Assembly (NCBI RefSeq): GCF_006345805.1
Contig: NC_043002.1
Coordinates: forward strand, 5,890,001 to 5,954,000
DNA: 64,000 bases
From: Octopus sinensis
Lineage: Eukaryota
Reading direction: 5' to 3'
Shown: positions 37,579 to 51,609 of the stretch, one piece after another
Numbering within the stretch: position 1 is the stretch's first letter
How the letters are laid out: each line of letters opens with the position of its first letter
The notes under the pieces: model-generated
What the model was told of the DNA's origin: nothing
Databases searched by the model: none
Seen by the model: only the letters and a program-made list of their open reading frames with translations
Program-made: the position numbers and the translations under genes

Positions 37579-37973
37579 AGGCGCAGGAGTGGCTGTGTGG
37601 TAAGTAGGTTGCTTGCGAACCACATGGCTCCGGGTTCAGTCCCATTGCGTGGCATCTTGGGCAAGTGTCTTCTGCTATAGCCCCGGGCCGACCAATGCCT
37701 TGTGAGTGGATTTGGTAGGCGGAAACTGAAAGAAGCCTGTCGTATATATGTATGTGTGTGTTTGTGTGTTTGTGTTTGTCCGCCTAGCATTGCTTGACAA
37801 CCGATGCTGGTGTGTTTATGTCCCTGTTACTTAGCGGTTTGGCAAAAGAGGTCGATAGAATAAGTCCTGGGCTTACAAAGAATAAGTCCCGGGGTCGATT
37901 TGCTCGACTAAAGGTGGTGCTCCAGCATGGCCTCAGTCAAATGACTGAAACAAGTAAATGAGTAAATGAGTAA
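37579..37973 (+). mobile_element. SINE family A, full length
   Basis: A/B boxes, body, tail with GTAAATGA repeats. Confidence 0.9.
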
Positions 37974-39410
37974 GCATGGTTTTTTCTTTATTATAGGCAT
38001 GTAGCCTGAATATAGAATGGGCATTACAATTACATACAAAACAATACAAAATTTGGGGCACATAAAAGAAATAATGAATCTGAGATGAGTTCTGTGTAAT
38101 GGGAAATGGAATGGTTTACGAGTCCCCCCAGCTCGCAGTTTCGTTTTACAGTTCCTTATACATTTTGTAATACAGTTTGTAATTGTTCTATTTATTTATC
38201 AGTTATAAATTCAATTACGTCATCCAGTCCAATCACGTTGGACAAATTATCAGAACGAATATATAGTTGAGTTATTTTAATCTTTTCTTTAAATGTCTCT
38301 ACTAATTTATCCATTTTTTCTTTTTCCACTAACACCGCTCTATAGCTTGGTTGGATGTTGTAGCATCATCAGAACTTGCGATGACGAAAGAGTACTGCTG
38401 AATATTTACCGTAGTTTAGCCGTCTTAGTAACTAGAATATGTTTGCTTAATTATGTAAGTTATTTTCCTACAAATTTGTGAGAATTGTGATACATATTTT
38501 ATTATAATGAACTGCCAGTAAACACAAGCAACACAGTACGATAAGAATCATATTTACAATGCAAATAGATATTTTACTTATATTTATTAAAACTTATAAA
38601 ACATGAGAAAATATGAACTATTTTTGTATGATAAAAGTGAGAATGTTAAAACCATTTTTAATATATTACTTTCAAAGCGCCACCAAAAACCATTACTGAC
38701 TTATCATAACGTAACGCTCATCAAATTCACTGTCGCTGTATCTTCAACCATGCCCTCCTCCTCGGGATCCTCAATGCCATCTGAGTCAGAGGTGTCTGAA
38801 TCCTCATATAAAAAGCCATCATCTGCACTATCGAGAGAATTGCTATTGTCTTTGTTTTAACTGCACCCCAAGCATTTTCCAGCAACTGGTAAACTTGAAC
38901 TGTTGTAGGCTTCTTCATCCGGCCTGTTGGTGTTTGCTCAGATTGGAGTATTATCCATTTGTTCTGTTCTTTACGCATATCGTCATTAAGATTTATTGAT
39001 AATCCAGAGGTTGCAGTTGATCTCCATGTATTACAGCCACTTGAATGTTTAATCTGTTTATTCTACTCTTGATGGATTTTGTTACACGAGCCCGGAACTG
39101 ATTCAACATAACAAGCGATGGCTTTTGACAAGTCTACCGAGAAACCATGACCCCATTGTTTCTAACCAGAGTCTTATTCCATCCTCATCCATCCATCATC
39201 TAGAGTGAACATGGATGATAATACCCGGTGGAATATTTTCTTTCGGCATTGTTTTCCGTTTGAATATGAGCAAAGGTGGTAATTCGGTGTTACCAGTGCA
39301 GGCCAATGCACATGTAAAATGTCATTTCTCACGACCGGAGGTTTTGATAGCCACAGTTTTGTTATCTTTCACGTCAACACACTTATTGGTCAGTATATGA
39401 AACCTCACGA

Positions 39411-39633
39411 AGGCGGCGAGCTGGCAGAATCGTTTGCACGCCGGGCGAAGTGCTTAACAGTATTTCGTCTGCCGTTACGTTCTGAGTACAAATTCGACTT
39501 AGCCTTTCATCCTTTCGGGGTCGATTAAATAAGTACCAGTTACGCACTGGGGTCGATATAATCGCCTTAATCCGTTTGTCTATCCTTGTTGGTCCTCTCT
39601 GTGTGTAGCCCCTTGTGGGTAGTAAAGAAATAG
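39411..39633 (+). mobile_element. SINE family B with 18-bp TSD
   Basis: GTATATGAAACCTCACGA at 39393-39410 and 39634-39651. Confidence 0.93.
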
Positions 39634-40259
39634 GTATATGAAACCTCACGAGAGCTTTATCCATATTTGCAATGTGTCCCAGTTCAATATTTGTTGTTTT
39701 TCTGATATTTAAAGCAAATCGATGAAACTCACCAGTTTTGATTTCATACTCTGCTATTTTTTTGGTGCTGTTTTTGTTTTTGTTCGCATGGCTAATCCGT
39801 TTCGTTTTATGAATCTTTAGTACCACCTGGCGGCACCAGAAAAATCATTATGAGCTCCTGCAGCCGCTCATACTTTGGTATCGTAAATGATTTGTTTCGC
39901 CGACGCTGCAAATATCTTGGCTTCGTTGATTTGAAACCCAGGTCTTTATCTCATTCCATCCATTTAGGTTTCGGTTTGCGAAGGTGCTGTTTAGGTCTTC
40001 CTGTTTGCTGAAGTTTCTTTTCTTGTTTACGCCAATCACAGACCATATTCTCTGTAGGGAGAGGCCTGAAATGCCTTGCAGCAGCTCGGTTGCCATGTTC
40101 CTTTGCGAATGTTACTACCTGCAGTTTATAAGTAACTCTGTAGGCATGTCGTATCGTTGACTCCGTAATGGGATTTTGATAATTTTAAAATTTGTCTGCG
40201 TAAGCGCTGGCAGTCGCCGGTACACTGAGACCGACGTCATAACCACCAAAACAAATACC

Positions 40260-40499
40260 TATTTCTTTACTACCCACAAGGGGCTAAACACAGAGAGGAC
40301 AAACAAGGATAGACAAACGTATTAAGTCGATTACATCGATCGACCCCAGTGCGTAACTGGTACTTAATTTATCGACCCCGAAAGGATGAAAGGCAAAGTC
40401 GACCTCGGCGGAATTTGAACTCAGGACGTAACGGCAAACGAAATACGGCTACGCATTTCGCCCGGCGTGCTAACGTTTCTGCCAGCTCGCCGCCTTACT
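40260..40499 (-). mobile_element. SINE family B with 15-bp TSD
   Basis: ACCAAAACAAATACC at 40245-40259 and 40500-40514. Confidence 0.93.
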
Positions 40500-40642
40500 A
40501 CCAAAACAAATACCGCTACTAGTTAACAGCTACCTAAACTTTAGACCCCCTGATTATTCTTTACAATTCCACCACACACCAATTCTTTTTTATAAAAGTT
40601 TCCGAAGTGGTAATTTATATCAAAGAAGTACTCCTGGCATGT

Positions 40643-41015
40643 GGAAGCACTCCGTCGGTTACGACGATGAGGGTTCCGGTTGATCCGAATCAACGGAACA
40701 GCCTGCTCGTGAAATTAACGTGTAAGTGGCTGAGCACTCCACAGACACGTGTACCCTTAACGCAGTTCTCGGGGATATTCAGCGTGACACAGAGAGTGAC
40801 AAGGCCGGCCCCTTGAAATACAGGTACAAGAGAAACAGTAAGAGAAAGTTGTGGTGAAAGAGTACAGCAGGGATCACCACCATCCCCTGCCGGAGCCTCG
40901 TGGAGCTTTTAGGTGTTTTCGCTCAATAAACACTCACAACGCCCAGTCTGGGAATCGAAACCGCAATCCTATGACCGCGTGTCCGCTGCCCTAACCACTG
41001 GGCCATTGCGCCTCC
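40643..41015 (-). mobile_element. SINE family C, full length, 13-bp TSD
   Basis: Minus: TGGCCCAGTGG (A box), GGTTTCGATTCCC (B box); ACTCCTGG(C/T)ATGT at 40630 and 41016. Confidence 0.88.
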
Positions 41016-41838
41016 ACTCCTGGTATGTACTGTGTTAATTAATAACTAATGTTAACGATCCTCTCAAGTGAACAAACAACAGCACACAGCTGCTGGAGAC
41101 ACAGATTTGATTATAATATACTGAATAAATATATTTTTAATTCATTACTATAACTGCATGTGTATAGCTATATTTTTAATTTACTATATTTAATTGCTAA
41201 CCATTCTAAAAATAGATGCCAGTAGGCCTACCACAGCACTTGTAAGTTACCCAAGTTTACCTAAAGCCTGATCTTCAGCATATAATACGCAGGGTGATTT
41301 TTTTGAGGATAGTTTTGGAGAAAATAGTGCGCCTTATATGCCGGAAAATATGGGGCCTGACGAGCTAGGTTCCCGTTACAAGCCTACGATACCTTAAGTT
41401 CTATGGGGCCTGAATCAAACCGTTTTTTAAAATAATAATATACGTAAATCCAACATGATGTCTAGAGTTCCTCTTTCTTTCGTTTGTCCAATCACACGTC
41501 TGTCTTTCTGTCTGTTTGTCTGTCTATTTATCATTTTTAAAATAGTCACAAAATCGGAAATTTTGGAGCTGAGGTTAGATGAACAAAAATATTTAACAAA
41601 CAGTTATTTTATCACTCCCGGAAATATCAAAAGTGAAATTGAACTGAGCGGGATTCGAACTCAGAACGTAGGGAAATGCTGCAACAGTTACGCTCTAGTA
41701 ATTTCTGATAATCTACTGCCTACATTCACGCGCGCACGCACACACGCATGCGCGAACACGCACACATACATGTATATACACACGTGCATGTACAGACGTA
41801 TAAAACTATACATATATAAATATAAACACACACATACA

Positions 41839-42010
41839 TTATTTCTTTACTACCCACAAGGGGCTAAACACAGAGGGGACAAACAAGGACAGACAAACAG
41901 ATTAAGTCGATTACAGTACCAGTACTTAATTTATCGACCCCGAAAGGATGAAAGGCAAAGTCGACCTCGGCGGAATTTGAACTCAGAACGTAACGGCAAA
42001 CGAAATACGA
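41839..42010 (-). mobile_element. SINE family B, truncated
   Basis: Reverse complement of family B tail and body. Confidence 0.8.
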
Positions 42011-42099
42011 TACACACACATACATATGTACGTGCATGTATGTAGGTATGTAAGTAGTTAGGTGTCCGTGTGTGTGTGTAGTGTGTGTGTATGTATGTG

Positions 42100-42136
<37 letters not shown>

Positions 42137-42501
42137 GTATATACATATGTGTATGTGTGTGTGCATGCATATATATATATTATATACTGTGTGTGTGTTT
42201 ATGTCTGTGTGCATGTGTCTATGTGTGTGTGTGTGCATTTGTATGTGTGCGCGCGCGCATGCCTGTTTGTATATAGTTTGTGGAACAATGAAATAAGTGA
42301 CATATACAACGGAAATCCCTTTTCGGTGTTCGTGAGGTAATTTATAACTCAAAATGTTGGAGCAACCATAGGCTTCCCCTAGAACTCACTTTGATTGCAT
42401 TTTATCTAGACACAATATAGAATGATGTAACATAAGCACAAATATAATATATAAGAGATACAGGAACGACACACACACACAAACACACACATGCATAACA
42501 C

Positions 42502-43287
42502 ATGTATGTATGTGTGTATGTATGTATGTGTGTATGAATGTATGTGTGTATGAATGTATGTATGTATGTATGTATGTATGTGTGTATGAATGTATCTATG
42601 TATGTATGTATGTATGAATGTATGTATGTATGTATGTATGTGTGTATGAATGTATGTGTGTATGAATGTATGTATGTATGTATGTATGTATGTGTGTATG
42701 AATGTATGTATGTATGAATGTATGTATGTATGTATGTATGTATGTGTGTATGAATGTATGTGTGTATGTATGTATGTATGTATGTATGTATGTGTGTATG
42801 AATGTATGTGTGTATGAATGTATGTATGTATGTATGTGTGTATGAATGTATGTGTGTATGTATGTATGTATGTATGTATGTATGTATGTATGTGTGTATG
42901 AATGTATGTATGTATGTATGTATGTATGTGTGTATGAATGTATGTGTGTATGAATGTATGTATGTATGTATGAATGTATGTATGAATGTATGTGTGTATG
43001 TATGTATGTATGTATGTATGTATGTGTGTATGAATGTATGTATGTATGTATGTATGTGTGTATGAATGTATGTGTGTATGAATGTATGTATGTATGTATG
43101 TATGTGTGTATGAATGTATGTGTGTATGTATGTATGTATGTATGTGTTGATGATGTATGGTGTATGAATGTATGTATGTATGTATGTATGAATGTATGGT
43201 ATGTATGTATGTATGTATGTATGTATGAATGTATGTATGTATGTATGTATGTATGTATGTGTGTATGAATGTATGTGTGTATGTATG

Positions 43288-43319
<32 letters not shown>

Positions 43320-45398
43320 TGTGTGTATGAATGTATGTATGTATGAATGTATGTATGTATGTATGTATGTATGTGTGTATGAATGTATGTGTGTATGAAT
43401 GTATGTATGTATGTATGTATGTGTGTATGAATGTATGTATGAATGTATGTATGTATGTATGTATGTATGTGTGTATGAATGTATGTATGTATGTATGTGT
43501 GTATGAATGTATGTGTGTATGAATGTATGTATGTATGTATGTATGTGTGTATGAATGTATGTATGTATGTATGTATGTATGAATGTATGTATGTATGTAT
43601 GTATGTGTGTATGAATGTATGTGTGTATGAATGTATGTATGTATGTATGTATGTGTGTATGAATGTATGTATGTATGAATGTATGTATGTATGTATGTAT
43701 GTATGTGTGTATGAATGTATGTGTGTATGTATGTATGTATGTATGTATGTATGTGTGTATGAATGTATGTGTGTATGAATGTATGTATGTATGTATGTGT
43801 GTATGAATGTATGTGTGTATGTATGTATGTATGTATGTATGTATGTATGTATGTATGTGTGTATGAATGTATGTATGTATGTATGTATGTATGTATGTGT
43901 CTATGAATGTATGTATGTATGTATGTATGAATGTATGTGTGTATGTATGTATGTATGTATGTATGTGTGTATGAATGTATGTATGTATGTATGTATGTAT
44001 GTATGTGTGTATGAATGTATGTATGTATGTATGTATGTATGTGTGTATGAATGTATGTGTGTATGAATGTATGTATGTATGTATGAATGTATGTATGAAT
44101 GTATGTGTGTATGTATGTATGTATGTATGTATGTATGTGTGTATGAATGTATGTATGTATGTATGTATGTGTGTATGAATGTATGTGTGTATGAATGTAT
44201 GTATGTATGTATGTATGTATGTGTGTATGAATGTATGTGTGTATGTATGTATGTATGTATGTATGTGTGTATGAATGTATGTGTGTATGAATGTATGTAT
44301 GTATGTATGTATGAATGTATGTATGTATGTATGTATGTATGTATGTATGTATGTATGTATGTATGTATGTATGTATGTATGTATGTATGTATGTGTGTGT
44401 GTATGCATGCATGTATGTATGTATGTATGTATGTGTGTGTGTGTATGTATGTATGTATGTATGTATGTATGTATGTACGAATGTATGTATGTATGTATGT
44501 ATGTATGTATGTATGTATGTATGTATGTATGTATGTATGTATGAATGTATGTATTGTATGTATGTATGTATGAATGTATGTATGTATGTATGTATGAATG
44601 TATGTATGTATGTATGTATGAATGTATGTATGTATGTATGTATGTATGTATGTATGTATGTATGTATGTATGTATGTATGTATGTATGTATGTATGTATG
44701 TATGTGTGTGTATGCATGCATGTATGTATGTATGTATGTATGTATGTGTGTGTGTATGCATGCATGTATGTATGTATGTATGTATGTATGTATGTATGAA
44801 TGTATGTGTGTATGTATGTATGTATGTATGTATGAATGTATGTATGTATGTATGTATGTATGAATGTATGTATGTATGTATGTATGTATGTATGTATGTA
44901 TGTGTGTGTGTATGCATGCATGTATGTATGTATGTATGTATGTATGTATGTGTGTGTGTATGTATGTATGTATGTATGTATGTATGCATGTATGTATGTA
45001 TGTATGTATGTATGAATGTATGTATGTATGTATGTATGTATGAATGTATGTATGTATGTATGTATGTATGAATGTATGTATGTATGTATGTATGAATGTA
45101 TGTATGTATGTATGTATGTATGAATGTATGTATGTATGTATGTGTGTGTGTATGCATGCATGTATGTATGTATGTATGTATGTGTGTATGAATGTATTGT
45201 GGATGAATGTATGTATGTATGTATGTATGATGTATGTATGTATGTATGTATGTATTATGTATGTATGTAGTATGTATGTATTATATGTATGTATGTATGT
45301 GTGTGTGTATGCATGCATGTATGTATGTATGTATGTGTGTGTGTGTGTATTATGTGTGTATGTATGTATGTATGTATGTATGTACGAATGTATGTATG

Positions 45399-45430
<32 letters not shown>

Positions 45431-46188
45431 TGTATGTATGTATGTATGTATGAATGTATGTATGTATGTATGTATGTATGTATGAATGTATGTATGTATG
45501 TATGTATGAATGTATGTATGTATGTATGTATGTATGTATGTATGTATGTATGTATGTATGTATGTATGTATGTATGTATGTATGTATGTGTGTGTATGCA
45601 TGCATGTATGTATGTATGTATGTATGTATGTGTGTGTGTATGCATGCATGTATGTATGTATGTATGTATGTATGTATGTATGAATGTATGTGTGTATGTA
45701 TGTATGTATGTATGAATGTATGTATGTATGTATGTATGTATGAATGTATGTATGTATGTATGTATGTATGTATGTATGTATGTATGTGTGTGTGTATGCA
45801 TGCATGTATGTATGTATGTATGTATGTATGTATGTGTGTGTGTATGTATGTATGTATGTATGTATGTATGCATGTATGTATGTATGTATGATGTATGAAT
45901 GTATGTATGTATGTATGTATGTAATGTATGAATGTATGTATGTATGTATGTATGTATGAATGTATGTATGTATGTATGTATGAATGTATGTATGTATGTA
46001 TGTATGAATGTATGTATGTATGTATGTGTGTGTGTATGCATGCATGTATGTATGTATGTATGTATGTATGTATGTATGTGTGTGTGTGTATGTATGTATG
46101 TATGTATGTATGTATGCATGTATGTATGAATGTATGAATGTATGTATGTATGTATGAATGTATGTATGTATGTATGTATGTATGAATG
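42502..46188. repeat. 3.7-kb compound (TATG)n satellite with TGAA, TGTG and TGCA variants
   Basis: Direct inspection; source of the 919- and 1237-aa spurious ORFs. Confidence 0.95.
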
Positions 46189-46189
46189 T

Positions 46190-46560
46190 CAGGTCACTTT
46201 CGAGTGCTACTGGTAACATGTAACCCAGTACAACCTGTTGCATGGTCGGGTCGTCGGCAACTAAACCGGCAACCCCACCAAGCATGCATGATGTGGGGGG
46301 TGTTTATTGGACACCCAGCGGGATGAAAAACAAAACCCGTCAAAGGGCGGAGGAACTCTTGAGACTCAACGGCCATCCAATAAATGTCTTAAGGCTGTAT
46401 CATGCGCGGGGAAATAGAAATCATCGGACTGAATACCCGATCGCGCGGTTAAACCATTGGGAGTGAGGACTCCTAGCCTTTGTGAGGGCATATTTCATTA
46501 TAGAAAGGTAATCAGGTAACTGGTAAACTCCGACATAAAACCTGTGGCTCAGTGGTTACC
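46190..46560 (+). mobile_element. Unclassified interspersed repeat, possibly an RTE-type LINE 5' region
   Basis: GC-richer non-coding block; assignment from recollection only. Confidence 0.25.
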
Positions 46561-46904
46561 GATGATGTTGACTTGTTCTTCTTTTCGGATTATGGCTGCT
46601 GTTGCTTAGTGAGTGGGATTGACTCAGTGCACAGCCTTTCCTCACTTTATAAAAGATATCTTCTTGCACAAGCATGGCACGATAACAACATCGATTAAGC
46701 TTCGTGCAATGGCCATACTCGATAACGAGGGGGCAGACACCATGTATGTATGTATGTATGTATGTATGTATGTACGTATGTACGTCCTTCCAGGGTGCAA
46801 AAAGGAAATTTCTGTCTACATTTTGATGTTGTGTTATTCGTCGGGATGATTTAAGGTCGGTATCCTTTATTTCCATCTCGCCCCAACACCAGCTTCTGTT
46901 GATA

Positions 46905-47090
46905 ATATTGATTTCAAATTTTGGCACAAGGCCAGCTATTTCAGCCTCAGTGCTTGACTGGTACTTAATTTATCGACCCCGAAAGCCCGAAAGGATGAAA
47001 GGCAAAGTTGACCTCGGCGGAATTTGAACGGATGAAATGCCGCTAAGCATTTCGCCCGGCATGCTAACGATTCTGCCAGCTCGCCGCCTT
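46905..47090 (-). mobile_element. SINE family B, variant tail, internally deleted
   Basis: Head CTGCCAGCTCGCCGCCTT and tail TTTCAAATTTTGGCACAAGGCCAGC on plus strand. Confidence 0.8.
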
Positions 47091-47275
47091 CACTACTGTC
47101 GGTAATACTAGAACTACAAACACGTGGTTGCTCTGGAGACTGATATTCAAGAGGAGAGAATCTCTCCTAGCTTTAAGCATGTTCAAGTATATATATCTGT
47201 TGAACTGAATATTGCAGACGACATCGAGAAATGAAAGGAATATCTAGTAAATAATTTCTAACTAAAATTTAACAT

Positions 47276-47690
47276 AGGCGTAGGAGTGGATGTGTGGTAA
47301 GTAGCTTGCTTACGAACCGCATGGTTCCGGGTTCAGTCCCACTGCGTGGCACCTTGGGCAAGTGTCTTCTACTATAGCCTCACGGCGATCAAAGCCTTTT
47401 GAGTGGATTTGGTAGACGGAAACTGAAAGAAGCCCGTCGTATATATATATGTATATATATATATATGTGTGTGTGCGCGTATGTTTGTGTGTCTGTGTTT
47501 GCCCCCTTTGCTTGACAACCGATGCTGGTGTGTTTATGTCCCCGTCACTTAGCGGTTCGGCAAAAGAGACCGATAGAATAAGTACGCGGCTTTTCAAATA
47601 ATAAGTCCCGGGGTCGAGTTGCTCGATTAAAGGCGGTGCTCCAGCATGGCCGCAGTCAAATGACTGAAACAAGAAAAAGAGTAAAGAGAG
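47276..47690 (+). mobile_element. SINE family A, full length
   Basis: A/B boxes, body and tail match 709-1136. Confidence 0.9.
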
Positions 47691-48489
47691 AGAATCTCTT
47701 ATAATAAAGATCCAGAGAGAAAGGAACAGATGCATCGCATCCATGAACACCAGAGACATAAATAAAGATATAATATCTACATTTTGACACCTCTACAAAT
47801 TACCAGTGGTAAAAATCCAATATATAAGTTCGTGTAGGTTCTCACCTACAAACGAAGATCTAATTAAAGAAACCCATTGAATAAAACAACCGCTAATTAA
47901 CAAAGCATATTTTAATAGACTTAGTAGATCGAGCTACAGAATATATGTGCATAAAACACAAATATATTAGGCGTTACACACCATAAAGTTGACAAGTCCT
48001 ACATAAAATATATTGTATGAATCAAATACATACTAATAATCTAAAAACCGCTCATGAAACGGAACATAAAACGCATCCCACAAAACTATAAAATAACACC
48101 CATAAAACCATTACAAAAATGTTGAAATGAAATAAAAAACCTTATCAACAACAATGTAATTTATAAATACGATTAGAAGCAGTTGTAAACTTCATGACTC
48201 CGGCTGTTCGTTGCCCAAACAAGTACAACATCCTCTCGTAGGATCCCCAGACAAAAGGAACAATTGTAAGACACAACGTCACACAACACAAAACAAAGTT
48301 AGATAGGAAGACATTTGTTGTTAACGTAGCCATACTATGCGGAACCACACAACAATAGATTCGCGATTAATGATGGAAGCATTACTCATAATACAGCACA
48401 ACGCGCCAAAATAAACAGAGAGAAAATATGCACACGTCACAAAACAAAATGAACGTCGTGTGATTGATGACGTTTAAATATATAAGGTA

Positions 48490-50850
48490 TTTCTTTATTA
48501 TGATTATAAAAATCGATTACACAGAAGGACAAATACAGGACATACATACAAAAAATTTAAGAGATTCGTTTAAAAATTTTCATTTACATTTGGGTATTCA
48601 TTATAACATAAATGTCCTTACATGACCAGTAGAACAAACAACAGTACATGAACTTATAATCTCACTGGAGTTTTTACACCCCGGCAATTTATGAGGCCCT
48701 GCAGCTTTTATTCCTCTCTCTCCTCCATGGTCAAGCTGGGTTTCTGACACCCACCTTTTTTTCCACTTCCTTCCATCTTTTCTCATACACACCCCGTGGT
48801 AAGATCCTCTTTTCCAGCCCCATTTTGCTCTTCAGATGATATCTGAAGTAAGTGAGCAAGCCGGGGCCGGAGACAAAGGATCCTATCGCGGCTCCTTCCA
48901 TCCTTGTTCTCCACATGCATTCTTTTACTACTGCAACCGTGCAGTGAAAACATGCCTCACCTTCCTTCGCGAGTCCAGTTGGCGGTATCATCTTAATCAT
49001 AGACTCAGCCGACAGCTGTACTCGTCCCAGATGCGATAACACGTGTTCTGCGTAACTTATCAAGTCGGACAACTTCCGACAGTGAACAAAAGCGTGCTGG
49101 ACGGTTTCATCGTCCAACTCGCACCTTGGACACGTCGGTGGCACTGAAACTCCGTGCCGCGATAACTTCTCGCGAACAGGTAAAGCATTCCTATAGCACT
49201 GCCAGGCCAGGGATCTTTGGAAATTATCCAAATACCCCGACCTGAAAGTTTTTTTAAACAGGTTGGTAAGCTGGTCTTCGTCAAACCCCAGATCCCCTCC
49301 TAGGACGTCGTCGTTTTTGCCTCTACCAGCCCTCTATAAAATACCGACGGTGGTATTCCCGCAGCCGGCTTGCCCGCCTTGTGGATCAGCGTGAGTGCCT
49401 GTCGGCACTCCTTTTGCCATGGAGTCAGTTTCCATCTTTTGATGTAACCGGGTTTAAAATTCACTAAGGAGGCCGGTCTCGGGAAAAATCCCCCTGCCAG
49501 CGGACTCCACACCTTATCACCTCCAGGTGGGCCAGAGATGCCTTAGCCTCAACGCATGTCTGCGCATCATCAACCAAGGCATTCCTAACCCACCCTTTAA
49601 CGGTTCCTGGCAGCAAACGGAGCGCCTCACAAGTGGCCTTCCTCCTTTCCACAAAAAGCGGAAAAGAATTCGCTCCAACTTGTTAAGCCATGAATCGGGG
49701 CAAGGGACAACGGTCAGGCGGTAGGTGATACAGATGCAATGAACATCTGCACACCACCTCCGCCTTTCCTTTCAAGGACAGAACCTTCCGGACCAGGTCC
49801 GTACTACGGTCCTTCCACCTTGCTTGTCACCTCCTCTCATTGTTCTCCGTTTGGGAGTCTGTTGGCCCAAACCAAACTCCCAGCAACTTAACAGGGCCAT
49901 CCGTCCAGTGTCCCACGACACTGGACGATATCGACTTGCTCCTCTAGGTGCCGAGGCGCAAGCCAACAGATTTGTCCTTGTTAACATTTGCTCCTGCCAC
50001 CGCCTCGTATCCTCTGATAGCCTCCTCTACACAAGGTAGTTGGGCCTCTTTGGACACGATGAGGGTGACGTCATCCGCATAAGCAGTAACCGTCCTCCCA
50101 CCTCCGATTTCATCCGAGTTACTCCCTAGCCTCTCCAACTTCGCAGCAATGGCTCAAGAGCCAATACGTACAAAAGTGGTGACAAGGGGCACCCCTGACG
50201 CACTGAACACTCGATCGAAAACGGTTCCGTTAGGTAACCGTTTATCTGGACGGTGGACTTGATGCCGCTATACATAGCGGAGATCCACCCGCGAAATTCA
50301 GGGCCCAGCCCAGCCGCTTCGAGGACCGTCGCCAGGTACCCATGGTCTACCTATCGAAGGCTTTACTTTGGTCTAATGGACCATTACCCCGCCTTTGCCG
50401 GCTAATTTACCACCCTATCTAAGGTGTAGCGTATAAGGTGAAGGTTGTCCTGGATCGACCTGCCTGGAATTGCACATGTCTGTGCTCTCCCTACAAGTTT
50501 CTCCACGACAACCGTCAACCTTTTTGCCAACACCTTGGCCAAAATCTTTAACTCTACATTAAGTAGAGTTATGGGCCTGGTAATTACTAATGTTATCCCC
50601 TTGCTCGGGTCTTTCTGGATTAGCGTCACCACTCCCCGGCTTACAGAACGGGAATTCTCCCATTCTGCTGCCAGTTCGTGTAGACGCCCGCCAGTATTCC
50701 CCCGAACAAGTCCGGCATTTTATTTCATTTGCCCAGCTCTCTCTCCCTGTGTGGATGGCTGTTCTTTTGGTAAAAGTAGGAAACCATAGCTCTCATCGGT
50801 GCTTCTTGCTTTCACGTAGCTTCGTCTGGGATATTAGCCAGAAAAAGGTT
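48490..50850 (-). mobile_element. L1/Tx1-clade LINE, ORF2 reverse transcriptase and C-terminal zinc finger, 5'-truncated, frameshifted
   Basis: RPITLLNVELKILAKVLAKRL, QTCAIPGRSIQDNL, KAFDRVDH, VRQGCPLSPLLY, AYADDVT, CPRC...ETVQHAFVHC; AATAAA near 48500. Confidence 0.93.
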
Positions 50851-50884
50851 TATATATATGCGTGTGTGTTTGTGTGTGTGTATA

Positions 50885-51097
50885 TATATCCACCAATGCA
50901 GTGTTGAGCACTCATTTTCATCGTTCGACATTTACGTATATATACACGTATAACATACACATATATATAAGGTTATAATGGACACAGTTTGTGTGTCAAA
51001 TAGCTAGCTTAAGGCGATGGCCTCATGGAGCTAATCAGCGACATCTTTAGTCTTATATCTATAAGACTGCATATTAATATGGCGATAACATTAATGG

Positions 51098-51168
<71 letters not shown>

Positions 51169-51256
51169 GCAGATATATGTGTATGTTATATGTGTGTATA
51201 TATACGTAAATGTCGAATGATGAAAATGAGTGCTGAACACTGCATTGGTGGATATA
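50885..51256. mobile_element. MITE-like element with about 80-bp inverted arms
   Basis: TATCCACCAATGCAGTGTT(G/C)AGCACTCATTTTCATC... mirrored at 51175-51256; TA-rich ends. Confidence 0.7.
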
Positions 51257-51609
51257 ATTTCTTTATTTGTGAATTAAGGCTACCATTGGTTTCATGTTCA
51301 GAAAAGTAGAAAAGTATCCTAGTGTCTTAATTTTTCAAGCCGATCATATGGAGAAAGGTGTTCGCCTCCATTTTGGAAAATACAGACTCGTTTAGTTCGC
51401 GAGGATTCTCGTGAACTCTCGTGAACAAAACAATGAATCAAGGAACGTTACTCTTGGGTGACATCTTTTGAATATCAAGTTTCTGTTATTTATTTATAGG
51501 CTTTGAATCATTAGGTGAAATGGAAGAAAACTGAATTTCAAATATCCGAAAAATCCTAATATGGAACACTTGAAAACCCGAACACTTTGAATATCGAAGA
51601 CTATAACAT

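Larger units (their letters stand above)
38500..41352 (-). mobile_element. pogo/POGK-like DNA transposon, decayed, interrupted by three SINEs
   Basis: 5' end CCATATTTTCCGGCATATAAGGCGCAC (TACCGTATTTTCCGG-type TIR); peptides WNEIKTWVSNQRSQ, IELGHIANMDK, KTMPKENIPPG, TPTGRMKKPT, acidic C-terminal tail; 3' boundary uncertain. Confidence 0.8.

Noticed and set aside
41455-42045. 196-aa ORF
   Set aside because: Runs through microsatellite and an antisense SINE B; the recurring peptide YLIYRPRKDERQSRPRRNLNSE is SINE sequence
42402-46285. 919-aa, 1237-aa and other long HTYI/MYVC ORFs
   Set aside because: Translation of (TACA)n/(TATG)n, which lacks stop codons in several frames
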